64,000 nucleotides of DNA, from contig JANXWB010000010.1 of assembly GCA_025351345.1 (NCBI GenBank), positions 22,330 to 86,329 on the forward strand, written 5' to 3'. The stretch is from Synechococcales cyanobacterium GL140_1_metabat_312. GTDB lineage: Bacteria > Cyanobacteriota > Cyanobacteriia > Leptolyngbyales > Leptolyngbyaceae. Made by a program: the position numbers and the translations under genes. Below are positions 34,749 to 44,300 of this stretch, piece after piece (position 1 is the stretch's first letter; each line of letters opens with the position of its first letter). Under the pieces are notes generated by a model that saw nothing but the letters and a program-made list of their open reading frames with translations, did not search any database and was not told the DNA's origin.

Positions 34749-36797
34749 TTAAGCAAATCCAGAAGCAATCACAAACACAATGACGGCCCCAAACACAATC
34801 AAGGCATAGAACTGCGCTCGACCATTTTCGACATACTTCAGACCTTCACCCGTCAACAATGTTAAGAATCCAGTTAAATTCACCACACCATCCACAACCT
34901 TATAGTCCACTTCCAACACCTGACGCGCTAGACGACGAGACGGACGGACAAACACCGCATCGTAAATTTCATCGAAGTACCATTTGTTCTTCGAGAGCGC
35001 ATACAAAGTCGGGAGCCGATCGGCCCAAACGGACGGATCCACTTTCTTCTGAAGATACATCAGGATTGCGATCGAAATCCCCACCAGACCAATGCCCACA
35101 GAACTACCGCCCATGATCAAAAACTCTGGCAAATCGACAGGCTCCTGAACAAACACTTCTCCCGGCGCATGAATAAACGCTTCAAAATAATTGGCAAAGG
35201 GCGTACCCAACAAACCAATAAACATTGAAGGAATTGCTAACACCATCAACGGTAGGGTCATGGTCAACGGAGACTCGTGGGGATCACCATGGTGATCCTC
35301 GTGAGATAGCGTGGCCACTGCGTTCAATTCCTTCGCATTCATAGCACCCGGACCTGCCGCAATTCCCATCTTCCGAAGCTGTTCGCCTTCAATCATGTTG
35401 AGAATCCCAGCATCCGTCGCCCGCAATTCCCCCTCAAAGGTCTGGAAGTACATGCGGAACATATAGAACGCAGTGATCCCCGCTGTCACAAAGCCAATAA
35501 ACCAAAGATTTGGATTCGCTTCATACGCCCGGTGAAGAATTTCGTCCTTCGACCAAAACCCAGCAAATGGTGGAATTCCACAAATTGCCAAGGTTCCAAT
35601 CAAAAAGGTCGTCGCAGTAATCGGCATCAACTTCCGCAATCCCCCCATGAGGCGCATATCTTGAGCGTAAGCTGGATTATGGCCCACCGCTTCTTCCATG
35701 CCGTGAATCACAGAACCCGATCCCAAGAACAACATGGCCTTAAAGAATGCATGGGTCACGAGGTGAAACAAGCCCGCACTATAAGCCCCAACGCCCATCG
35801 CCAGGACCATATAGCCCAACTGAGACATCGTGGAATAGGCCAAGCCTTTCTTAATATCATTTTGGGTGATAGCCGTAGTTGCGCCAATGAATGCCGTGAT
35901 AGCACCCGTCCAGGCGATCGTATCCATCACCACCGGAATCTGACTAAACACCGGGAACATCCGGGCAATCAAAAACACACCCGCCGCCACCATTGTTGCG
36001 GCATGAATCAAGGCCGAAATCGGGGTCGGACCTTCCATTGCATCCGGGAGCCACACATGAAGCGGGAACTGAGCCGATTTTGCGACTGGGCCTAGAAATA
36101 CCAGAATCGCAAATAATGCAGCAATAGACCCACTCAGTGTCCCATTTTCAACCATGGCATGAAGCCGATCGCCCATGATGGCAAAATCAAAACTCCGCGT
36201 CGCCCAAAACAACCCTAAAATCCCCAGCAGCAACCCAAAGTCACCCACTCGATTGGTTACAAACGCTTTCTGACAGGCATCAGCGGCAGCCTTACGATCG
36301 TACCAAAAGCCAATCAGTAGGTACGAACACATGCCCACCAACTCCCAAAACACGTACACTTGCACGAGATTTGGACTGATAACAAGGCCCAGCATCGAAG
36401 AGCTAAACAAACTCAAATAGGCATAAAACCGTACATAGCTGGGATCGTGGGCCATGTAACCATCGGTGTAGACCATCACCAACAGCGCCACCGTCGTCAC
36501 TACCACCAACATCATTGAGGTAAGCGGATCCACTATGTAGCCCATCTGGAGTTTAAAATCTCCAGCAGAAGCCCACTCGAACATCCTTACGTAGGGAGCA
36601 TGACCTCCAAGCTGGCTGGCGAGAATCCCGAAGGACAACACCATAGCGGTACCAATCAAAGACACCAAGAAACCAGAGGCAATGCCTCTCAAACGGTTCG
36701 TATCTTTATTGAAAGAAATTAATCCTAGACCCACTAGCATTGCGCCCATCAGCGGCAACATCGGAATCATCCAGGCATATTCATATATTGCATCCAT
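34749..36797 (-). CDS. ndhF: NAD(P)H-quinone oxidoreductase (NDH-1) subunit 5, NdhF1 type
   Basis: MDAIYEYAWMIPMLPLMGAMLVGLGLISF, about 680 aa with many TM helices. Conserved motifs are HAATMVAAGVFL and SQLGYM. The track start at 36809 adds 4 residues. Confidence 0.93.
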   Translation of the reverse strand: MDAIYEYAWMIPMLPLMGAMLVGLGLISFNKDTNRLRGIASGFLVSLIGTAMVLSFGILASQLGGHAPYVRMFEWASAGDFKLQMGYIVDPLTSMMLVVVTTVALLVMVYTDGYMAHDPSYVRFYAYLSLFSSSMLGLVISPNLVQVYVFWELVGMCSYLLIGFWYDRKAAADACQKAFVTNRVGDFGLLLGILGLFWATRSFDFAIMGDRLHAMVENGTLSGSIAALFAILVFLGPVAKSAQFPLHVWLPDAMEGPTPISALIHAATMVAAGVFLIARMFPVFSQIPVVMDTIAWTGAITAFIGATTAITQNDIKKGLAYSTMSQLGYMVLAMGVGAYSAGLFHLVTHAFFKAMLFLGSGSVIHGMEEAVGHNPAYAQDMRLMGGLRKLMPITATTFLIGTLAICGIPPFAGFWSKDEILHRAYEANPNLWFIGFVTAGITAFYMFRMYFQTFEGELRATDAGILNMIEGEQLRKMGIAAGPGAMNAKELNAVATLSHEDHHGDPHESPLTMTLPLMVLAIPSMFIGLLGTPFANYFEAFIHAPGEVFVQEPVDLPEFLIMGGSSVGIGLVGISIAILMYLQKKVDPSVWADRLPTLYALSKNKWYFDEIYDAVFVRPSRRLARQVLEVDYKVVDGVVNLTGFLTLLTGEGLKYVENGRAQFYALIVFGAVIVFVIASGFA

Positions 36798-36914
36798 GCC
36801 GATCGTCACTCACAAACTACGAAATGGTTTCAGTTCCTTATAAGCCTAGCCCAAAGCATTAAAAAGGGGACAGCTATTAAAGCCACCCCCGTAAACTAAT
36901 CTTAATTTACAGTT

Positions 36915-37247
36915 CTATCTCGCCACTGACGACAACACTCTCTCCAAAACATCCCGAACCTGTTCCTTACGTTTGAGGTCTTCTAGGCGATGCACTAGCT
37001 TTCCTTCTTGAAATAACAGCACTGTAGGGAGATTCGTGATGCGATAGCTACTGGCTAACTTCAGATTTTCATCGGCATTAACGCCCACCAACTTAAAGTT
37101 ATCGCCAAATTCGGCGCGTGCCCGCTCTAATATGGGATCGATCATTCGACATAATCCACACCAAGGTGCCCAAAAATGAACTAATACGGGAGTCGATGAT
37201 TGCAAAACTTCATCCTTGAATGCCTGCTCGGTGTTGATGCGTGCCAT
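36915..37247 (-). CDS. Thioredoxin with atypical WCGLC active site
   Basis: VLVHFWAPWCGLCRMIDP, 110 aa, thioredoxin fold length. Confidence 0.85.
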   Translation of the reverse strand: MARINTEQAFKDEVLQSSTPVLVHFWAPWCGLCRMIDPILERARAEFGDNFKLVGVNADENLKLASSYRITNLPTVLLFQEGKLVHRLEDLKRKEQVRDVLERVLSSVAR

Positions 37248-37386
37248 ATTGTTAAGTATTTATTAATCTTATTGGGATCAAGTCTAGCAGTCTAGTTTGA
37301 GCTTTACTAGTGTTAGATATATTTGCGTCTCCACTTGATGACATGGTTTGCTAAAGAAACACCTATCCAACATTTTTCTCCCTAAC

Positions 37387-37866
37387 ATGTCTAATCCATA
37401 TCGGCTCAGACGCGATCGTAAATCCTCTGGATCCTCTCCTGACGTTAGGGCTGCGATCGAGCTATTACAACAATTCACGATAATTGACGTAGCAATGGAC
37501 ACGTTAAATTTAGTAAACAGCATCAAGAAATTACCCACTGGATTGTCTCGTGAATCAATATATGAAGCACTGACATTGGTTCTGGATGGATCCGAGTATC
37601 AACTAATTGGTATTTGTGCTGAAAATCACGCAGAAGGCACACTAGCACTTCAACAATATCTGGCTGCATTTGGCTACGAGATAGAGCCAACCATTGCAGA
37701 TCCAGGTCAGCCCATATATATCAAGTACAACTCTAAAACAGAAGGATGTTACTCAAAACTCTACGACGGGGATCATCGTGGAGTTATTATTTCTTGTCAG
37801 TCGTCCTATTACGACGAGGTGAATGAGACTTTTGGCCATTTGCCCTTAGATTTATTTGCGCCATAA
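37387..37866 (+). CDS. Conserved hypothetical protein (DUF1824-like)
   Basis: ORF with C-terminal GVIISCQSSYYDEVNETFGHLPLDLF. The track begins at a TTG at 37348. The ATG at 37387 is preferred. The family label is from memory. Confidence 0.5.
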   Translation: MSNPYRLRRDRKSSGSSPDVRAAIELLQQFTIIDVAMDTLNLVNSIKKLPTGLSRESIYEALTLVLDGSEYQLIGICAENHAEGTLALQQYLAAFGYEIEPTIADPGQPIYIKYNSKTEGCYSKLYDGDHRGVIISCQSSYYDEVNETFGHLPLDLFAP

Positions 37867-37906
37867 TTTTCGCTACAGACCCAATTAACAAACCTAAGGC
37901 CAAAGA

Positions 37907-38758
37907 CTAGGAGCCTAGTTCTTTCGATCGGGCAGTAGCCGCTTTGACAGCCTCAATTAAGGCCGATCTCAAACCACGTTCTTCTAACATCGCCACCCCA
38001 GCTATTGTCGTTCCGCCCGGACTGGTGACTCGATCTTTAAGCTCACCAGGATGAAGTTTAGATTCTTTTAGAAGTTTTGCGGTCCCCAGCACAGTATCTA
38101 TTGCAAGTTGCATGGCGATCGCCCTCGGCAACCCGGAAGCAACCCCACCATCAGCCAATGCTTCCACAACTAATGCAACATATCCCGGTCCGGATCCAGA
38201 CAATCCCGTCACCGCATCCATCATGGATTCGGGCACTTCAACGACTGAACCAACCGCCGACAAAACTTTTTTAGCTAAGTTAAATTGATTGTCACTCACA
38301 TAAGTTCCCCGCGCGATCGCCGTTACACCTGCACCCACTTGAGCCGGAGTATTGGGCATCGCCCGAATAACCGCCTGCCTTGGGAATGAAGCTTCTAATT
38401 GGGGCAAAGAAATTCCAGCCAGGATAGAAACGATAACGGCAGATGGATTTAATGAACCCAAAATCTGTTGCGTCACTTGAGAAAAAATTTGGGGCTTAAT
38501 GGCAAGTAATAACAACTCTGAAGCTTCAGCCGCTTGCACATTATTGGCCGTCACTTGAACACCATAGCGATCGGCTAAAAAGTTCTGCCGATCCATGACA
38601 GGATCACTAATCAGAATTTCACAGGCATCAAAAATATTTTCAAAAACAAGGCGAGAGAGGAGCGCTTCGCCCATCATCCCGCCACCTATCATTCCTAATT
38701 TAGTAATCAAAGTTGTTTTCTTCCTAGGTGCTATAAAAAATAGCGGGCTTACATACAA
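37907..38758 (-). CDS. proC: Pyrroline-5-carboxylate reductase
   Basis: LGMIGGGMMGEAL (Rossmann), AIKPQ, and the C-terminal VTSPGGTTIAGV. The start is probably the TTG at 38710 or the ATG at 38692. Confidence 0.9.
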   Translation of the reverse strand: MYVSPLFFIAPRKKTTLITKLGMIGGGMMGEALLSRLVFENIFDACEILISDPVMDRQNFLADRYGVQVTANNVQAAEASELLLLAIKPQIFSQVTQQILGSLNPSAVIVSILAGISLPQLEASFPRQAVIRAMPNTPAQVGAGVTAIARGTYVSDNQFNLAKKVLSAVGSVVEVPESMMDAVTGLSGSGPGYVALVVEALADGGVASGLPRAIAMQLAIDTVLGTAKLLKESKLHPGELKDRVTSPGGTTIAGVAMLEERGLRSALIEAVKAATARSKELGS

Positions 38759-38830
38759 AGTTCAAGTAAAAAAATGTCTGGTAAACCTTAATTTACAGCA
38801 CTAATCAGACCGCTATCTCAAAACAGGAAC

Positions 38831-39415
38831 TTACTGGGCCATACGCATGGGTTCAGCAGACCAAGATGTAGCTGTTGCGGCTGTGGGACGGGTGACACGG
38901 CTCGGTTGAATTGTTTCATTAGCAGAACCCGCTTGAGTACTGACTTGAACACAGCTTGGTGTAAATAAGAAAATACTTTCACCAATACGTTCTTGATGAC
39001 CATCGATCGCATAGGTTCCACCCGCAACAAAGTCAACAGCACGTTGAGCTTGGTCAGGATCCATAATAGTCAAATTCAAGACCACAGACTTACGCTCCCG
39101 TAAAGCTTGGATGACTTGGGGCATCTCTTCAAACGTACGAGGCTCAATTACAACTACTTCGGACAGTCCATTAGAGGTTCCGGGCATACCAATTACATTG
39201 CTCGCAGTGTTTACTTGGGAAACTTCGGTGCTGATCAAAGGGGTACGATCGCGCAAACGGCGACGGGAGCGGCCATCTTCTTCTTGGACAACAGGGGCCG
39301 CTTCATCATGATACAAGTCTTGATACTCTTGACCATCCATTTCGTCATACTCGTATTCATAGTCCACAGGCTCATTGAACCCAACGAAATCCCGAATTTT
39401 ATTGAAAATACCCAT
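38831..39415 (-). CDS. sepF: Cell division protein SepF
   Basis: [13 protein letters not shown]... and the C-terminal core [67 protein letters not shown]. Confidence 0.93.
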   Translation of the reverse strand: MGIFNKIRDFVGFNEPVDYEYEYDEMDGQEYQDLYHDEAAPVVQEEDGRSRRRLRDRTPLISTEVSQVNTASNVIGMPGTSNGLSEVVVIEPRTFEEMPQVIQALRERKSVVLNLTIMDPDQAQRAVDFVAGGTYAIDGHQERIGESIFLFTPSCVQVSTQAGSANETIQPSRVTRPTAATATSWSAEPMRMAQ

Positions 39416-40100
39416 GACCCACACTCTCCATTAACAATTGAACGTATCTAAGAAACAAAATAGTAGTGAGATAAATCAGGATGTTCAACCGCTATCGGAA
39501 CTTGAACAGACTAACCATCTAACTAAATCAGTGGGACACACCATGATGACAGGCAGAAAAACAAGATAGAGATTAAAATAGGGCAACATAGCTTCTTTTG
39601 ACAGAACTTATGTACTAAATTAAGCTCTTTTTCTGAGAGTAGAGATTGAACCATATTACAGTTTCAATGTTTATCCGTAAGAGAACAATCAGTGGCACAC
39701 TTCAAAACGCGTTAAGTCGATTACCAAAAATTGCATCTGTCAGGATTAAAAGAATGCTGCAAAACAAGGAAATAAATCTATATCATCTTGGAGGATGTAA
39801 CGGATACATCAGATTCAACTCATTTCTCTACTATTCTGTCCAGTACAGTAAAGCTCATAAGTCCGTTTAGATCCAGTGATTAACCATTGTTTTAAGTGAT
39901 TAATCACTGACTTCTATCCGTATAGAAACACATTGTGAATCATGGAGTACACGGATTAATGATTGATCGACAAAACTGATTGGTAAGCGTTTAATGAATG
40001 CTCAGCAATTGGCTTAGTCGGTAGTGGACATAATCTAGCACAAGTACTTGGAATGATCTACTAGGTCTAGCGTTATTTTTATTTTTTTGGGCGATCGGCG

Positions 40101-40793
40101 CTAGATATGGCTTCTCTGACCGAAGAGGATGGTGCCGGGGCGAATAATTGTAGCACCTGTTTGAAGTGCTAGTTGATAATCATTGGACATGCCCATAGAA
40201 AGCTGGAGCATCGGGAGGCTAGGGATAGCTTGATGGCGGATTTCGGCAGCGAGACGGCATGCATCAGCAAAGCAGGCTTGCAGTTCATTACCGTTGAGCT
40301 GGGCGGGAGGAATGAGCATTAAGCCTTGGACTTGGAGAGCGCTGAGGGCAGCTAATTGAGGAAGCGATCGCAGCAGGTCGTCGGGCAACCATCCAGATTT
40401 GGTGTCGTCGGGTCGAAGCTTGACTTGTAAACACCCTTGGATGATTTTGCCTTGCTCTTGGGAAATGCGATCGATTCGTTGCGCTAGGGATAAGCTGTCG
40501 ATGGATTGAATCCAGTCAAAATGTTGAACCGCTTTGAGGACTTTATTACTTTGCAGCCGCCCAATAAAATGCCAAATCAAACCACTCAGATCTTTTAGTT
40601 CCTGCTGTTTTTCGATGGTTTCTTGAATTCGGTTTTCCCCAAAGTTCCGAAGTCCAGCCGCATAGGCCGATCGCATTGCAAGAACAGGAACCTGTTTCGT
40701 CACTGCTACAATTCTCACCCCATCAGGAATTTGATCACAAAAATGACGAATATGTGACACTTGCTCAAGTGTCACTGGATCGGATGTCATCAT
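40101..40793 (-). CDS. yggS: YggS-family PLP-binding protein (PipY/PLPBP)
   Basis: VRIVAVTKQVP (PLP lysine), FGENRIQE, WHFIGRLQSNK, SMGMSNDY and IIRPGTILFG. Confidence 0.92.
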   Translation of the reverse strand: MMTSDPVTLEQVSHIRHFCDQIPDGVRIVAVTKQVPVLAMRSAYAAGLRNFGENRIQETIEKQQELKDLSGLIWHFIGRLQSNKVLKAVQHFDWIQSIDSLSLAQRIDRISQEQGKIIQGCLQVKLRPDDTKSGWLPDDLLRSLPQLAALSALQVQGLMLIPPAQLNGNELQACFADACRLAAEIRHQAIPSLPMLQLSMGMSNDYQLALQTGATIIRPGTILFGQRSHI

Positions 40794-41681
40794 TTAATCT
40801 TCCTCTTCAGGCATTCCAAAAAATGCAAGTAACTCACGATTAACGGTTTGGGGATCTTCTTGATGGATCCAGTGACCACAGTTAGGTAAAAATTTAAGCT
40901 CAAACGAGGCCGATACAGCATGGTGTAGGTCTTCGGCAATCCGCCGACTCAACACGGCATCCTCTTCGCCCCACAGCACTAACGTTGGAGCCATAATCAA
41001 TTCAGAGGAGCCTGATGACGTTGTGGACCAGGTATCCCTGAGCCAAGTTAAGGGCGAAAAAAAATGACGATAGTAATTCAAAGCGCTGGTGATCGCACCA
41101 GGTTGCCGTAAAGCAGCTTCATACATATCTGAGGTTTCACGAGTAAAAACCCCTTTTCGGATGGCCAAGCCTCGGAACACGGTTTTAACAAACTCCTTCA
41201 AGTTCTGCTGAATTAGCCACTCTGGCAATCCAGGAACCTGAAATGCAAAAATATACCAACTCCGACGCAACTGATTTAAATCTTGAATCAGATTGGCCGC
41301 GAAGCGTGAGGGGTGAGGAGCGCTCAAAACTGCCAATCGATTTAACATATGAGGAAATTGTTGAGCAAATCGCCATGCGATCGCTCCACCGAAATCATGA
41401 CCGACGATGTGGGCACGCTGGTAGCCTAGATTTTCAACCAGACTGTTGATATCAGATGCTAATGTCGCTAGGTCATACCCTGTAGCAGGTTTATCGGACT
41501 GATTGTAGCCACACAGATCTGGCACGACAACCTTGAAGTGACGAGCTAACACCGGGATCTGGTAGCGCCAAGAGTACCAGAATTCTGGAAATCCATGAGG
41601 CAAAATCACTAAATCGCCTTCGCCCTGAGTTACGTAGTGCAAACGAATGCGATTAGCTTGGATAAAATGATGTTGTAGCAC
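40794..41681 (-). CDS. Alpha/beta hydrolase, epoxide-hydrolase/haloalkane-dehalogenase-like
   Basis: HGFPEFWYSWRYQIP, nucleophile elbow VGHDFGG and C-terminal CGHWIHQEDP. GTG start. Its stop TAA directly abuts the yggS ATG. Confidence 0.85.
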   Translation of the reverse strand: MLQHHFIQANRIRLHYVTQGEGDLVILPHGFPEFWYSWRYQIPVLARHFKVVVPDLCGYNQSDKPATGYDLATLASDINSLVENLGYQRAHIVGHDFGGAIAWRFAQQFPHMLNRLAVLSAPHPSRFAANLIQDLNQLRRSWYIFAFQVPGLPEWLIQQNLKEFVKTVFRGLAIRKGVFTRETSDMYEAALRQPGAITSALNYYRHFFSPLTWLRDTWSTTSSGSSELIMAPTLVLWGEEDAVLSRRIAEDLHHAVSASFELKFLPNCGHWIHQEDPQTVNRELLAFFGMPEEED

Positions 41682-41685
41682 GAGA

Positions 41686-42081
41686 TCATCCGACTAGTTC
41701 AGCTTCTAAGTCTATTAACGGCGGTCGTATGACGGCATGGATAGGAGTTGACTTTTCCATCAACATATTTTGTGCTTGGCTCGGGAATTTAGAAATATTT
41801 TCTAGCTCCTGAAGTTGACTAATAGCTTCGGCTCCTTCCAATTTCATGAGTTCACGATCGTCTCGCATTTCCGTCCAAGTGATTCCATAGTCTGAAACTA
41901 AAAATCGAATCAAGTGACTGTCGGCCAAACTAACCATGAATGACGCGCTATTCATTTCACCGCCACAAGTGTAGCAAGATGCTATGTACCCTTGATTTTC
42001 GAGGACAATAGCCAATGCCTGAAGGCTCATGACCAGATCCTTCACAAATTGACTGTGGTGTTGAGCAAGTCTTGTGAACAC
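41686..42081 (-). CDS. Hypothetical protein, first gene of the hydrolase-yggS unit
   Basis: 131 aa from a GTG start (114 aa from the ATG at 42030, MSLQALAIVLENQGY...). It ends 4 nt before the hydrolase start. No family recognised. Confidence 0.45.
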   Translation of the reverse strand: MFTRLAQHHSQFVKDLVMSLQALAIVLENQGYIASCYTCGGEMNSASFMVSLADSHLIRFLVSDYGITWTEMRDDRELMKLEGAEAISQLQELENISKFPSQAQNMLMEKSTPIHAVIRPPLIDLEAELVG

Positions 42082-42291
42082 AATAAAATCTCCATTTACT
42101 CTATCATAAATCTTAAGGAATTACTCAAGTTTCTTAATATACCGCAAAACTTCAGATTGTAACTTAAGTTTCAAAAAATGCTTGATTTTGATGACGCTAT
42201 ATTAGCAATATCTGCCCATGATAGTTGCGTCCGGGAAATTGATGGGTATCAACAATAACAAAGGCTACCCCTCTGTATCTAAACCAAGATT

Positions 42292-42534
42292 TTAGTCCGA
42301 CAAAACCCACCACCCAAACGCTGGACCTATAAAGCGCACCGTCACCCAGAACGCAATCAGTATTCCAATGCTAACCCAAGCGCCAGTCGTGGTGATGGAG
42401 ACAAATTGGTTAGCTTGCTGACGGGTAATGCTGGTCCAAGGGAGAATTTTCTCTTCAAGACGAGATTGTTCAGCACGTTCAGCTTTTAGGCGCTGAGGAG
42501 ATTTTTTTTGTTTCGGGCGATCGGAGTTTGCCAT
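42292..42534 (-). CDS. Small membrane protein with basic N-terminus
   Basis: 80 aa with a K/R/E-rich N-terminus and one or two TM segments (TTGAWVSIGILIAFWVTVRFIGPAFGWWVL). Confidence 0.5.
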   Translation of the reverse strand: MANSDRPKQKKSPQRLKAERAEQSRLEEKILPWTSITRQQANQFVSITTTGAWVSIGILIAFWVTVRFIGPAFGWWVLSD

Positions 42535-42656
42535 CTTCAGACTCTGGGTGAGTTCATCTGGGTGAGTTCAATAGTAACGATCTTGTAACCTTGCCCCTGA
42601 TGCGAGCAGATAAGTCCAATCGACTATGTTTATCATAACGGGATTGAGAGGATATG

Positions 42657-44258
42657 TTACCGATCGTCTCCGCTGTCGTCCCAATTCTCATTCCAGCGAT
42701 CGTCCAGATAATTTAATCGAGCGTAGGGGCTGAGGGCGGCGAGTACCTGAGTGCCATAGATCCGGTGGATAACTCGGCTGTCCAAAAGCGCCACCAAACC
42801 ACGAGCCGATCGGACCGAGAACACAGCCCGTTGAAGTGCCATGAGCGCAGTCGGGAGTAAGTACAAGCGAAACCAATCCTGCCGCAATTGTTTGTAATCT
42901 TTCACGCGGGCGGCTACTAGTGGATTTTCCAGCGATGGCATGGGTAACGTTGCAATCACGATACAGCGTGGCACAGCAACTATTTCGGCTTGTTGAAACT
43001 GACTCCATTCGTCCCAACCTGCAACCAAAATGCCATTTTCCACTTCAGGAATTCGATCGACTTGAACCCGTGATCCCCATTCAGCCGCAAGGGTTGCACC
43101 GACTTGAGTTCGCAATGGAGTATCGCCTACCAAAATAACCATTAACCCTGCTGCAATGTGCGATCGCGAGAGAATTTGTCGAAGTTCGGCTAGGAGCGCT
43201 GGCTGAAACTGAGGCGTGTTGGGCATGGGAATGCGATCGGGCTGATAAAGCTGAACGCAGGATTCATGACGGGGGGGAGAGAATTTTATACAGGTTAAGT
43301 CGTCAAGACCGTGAGTTTGGCGATAAATATCAGCGCTGGCATCAAGATCTAGAGCGCTGCCAATTAGGACAGTCGGTTGCTGTTGCCAGATCGGTCGTAG
43401 AAGTGGGGCGAGACGAATGGGGCTGTGCTGGAGGATAAAGGTCCCGGATTGCCGATCGACTTGGGCTGACAACAATCCAGCATCAGGAGGATGAATTGGC
43501 AATGCTTCTTGAAGTGACTCTCCATTAGACGAAATCTGTTGGCGAGGTATCAGACGATTCAGCAGTTCAACCCAGGGTTCAGCTAGGGGAGAATGGTGCT
43601 GAAGCTGAAATAGTATTTCGTAAATTGGAAGGCGATCGTCATTCTCTAAAACATAGGAATTATAAGGATTGGCAGGATGTTGGAAGAGACTATGAGTGAT
43701 ACGAATCCGAAGGTCTCGAATCGTTTCTCGAAAGGATGGATGGGACAACATCAACTGATCCCAGTCTTGCCCATAAATTTTCAAACTCAAGACTTCCTGA
43801 ACCCAACTATCAAGATCATCCATGCCGTCAATCAGAGTCAAGATGCCCGTCGGAAGAATTTTTTGAGCGTTGAGCCGATCCTGTAACCAGAGTTCCGGCG
43901 TTATAAAAGAAAGACCAGAAAATTCCGTAGGTGTTGCATTGGGAGTAATAATTTGCACTGACTTCGACACATCTAACCACTGTTGAAGGCGAGGCAACTC
44001 AACTTGTAACAACCATTTCTGCACAAATTCGGAGGCAACAACAATAGCAGGAGCATCCCACACCAATAAGGGCATCAAATAGCTCAAGCGATAGGGAGCG
44101 GCTGATCCAGATTCTGTCCCCGTCTGTATCAAGGCACTTCGACCAAGACGCAACGCCCGAGCAACTAGGCGGGCCATGGTGAGATGGTGAGTCCAGTGGG
44201 GATCGCTCTGTTGGCGAAGTAAGGCCCGGAGTTGTTGATGCACTTCAACTTCAATCAC
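42657..44258 (-). CDS. DinG/Rad3-like helicase homologue with degenerate ATPase motifs
   Basis: The C-terminal part VIATLPMPSLENPLVAARVKDY...WFRLYLLPTALMALQRAV...GLVALLDSRV resembles the DinG HD2 domain. The motif I position reads QTGTESGS and the motif II position reads LIDGMDDL. Confidence 0.6.
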   Translation of the reverse strand: MIEVEVHQQLRALLRQQSDPHWTHHLTMARLVARALRLGRSALIQTGTESGSAAPYRLSYLMPLLVWDAPAIVVASEFVQKWLLQVELPRLQQWLDVSKSVQIITPNATPTEFSGLSFITPELWLQDRLNAQKILPTGILTLIDGMDDLDSWVQEVLSLKIYGQDWDQLMLSHPSFRETIRDLRIRITHSLFQHPANPYNSYVLENDDRLPIYEILFQLQHHSPLAEPWVELLNRLIPRQQISSNGESLQEALPIHPPDAGLLSAQVDRQSGTFILQHSPIRLAPLLRPIWQQQPTVLIGSALDLDASADIYRQTHGLDDLTCIKFSPPRHESCVQLYQPDRIPMPNTPQFQPALLAELRQILSRSHIAAGLMVILVGDTPLRTQVGATLAAEWGSRVQVDRIPEVENGILVAGWDEWSQFQQAEIVAVPRCIVIATLPMPSLENPLVAARVKDYKQLRQDWFRLYLLPTALMALQRAVFSVRSARGLVALLDSRVIHRIYGTQVLAALSPYARLNYLDDRWNENWDDSGDDR

Positions 44259-44300
44259 AATTGAATCTCACTCAATAATTAAAAATTAAGGAATACTCGA

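Noticed and set aside
39646-39870. A 74-aa plus-strand ORF in the sepF-yggS spacer.
   Set aside because: It has a non-ATG start, no SD and a basic low-complexity sequence with no motif. It is more likely non-coding.
41686-42081. Whether the ORF upstream of the hydrolase-yggS pair is a divergent PipX.
   Set aside because: By eye it has no similarity to the PipX Tudor-like core (YLNHPTFGLLY...LYAQRLFFLV), and it is longer. I left it as hypothetical.
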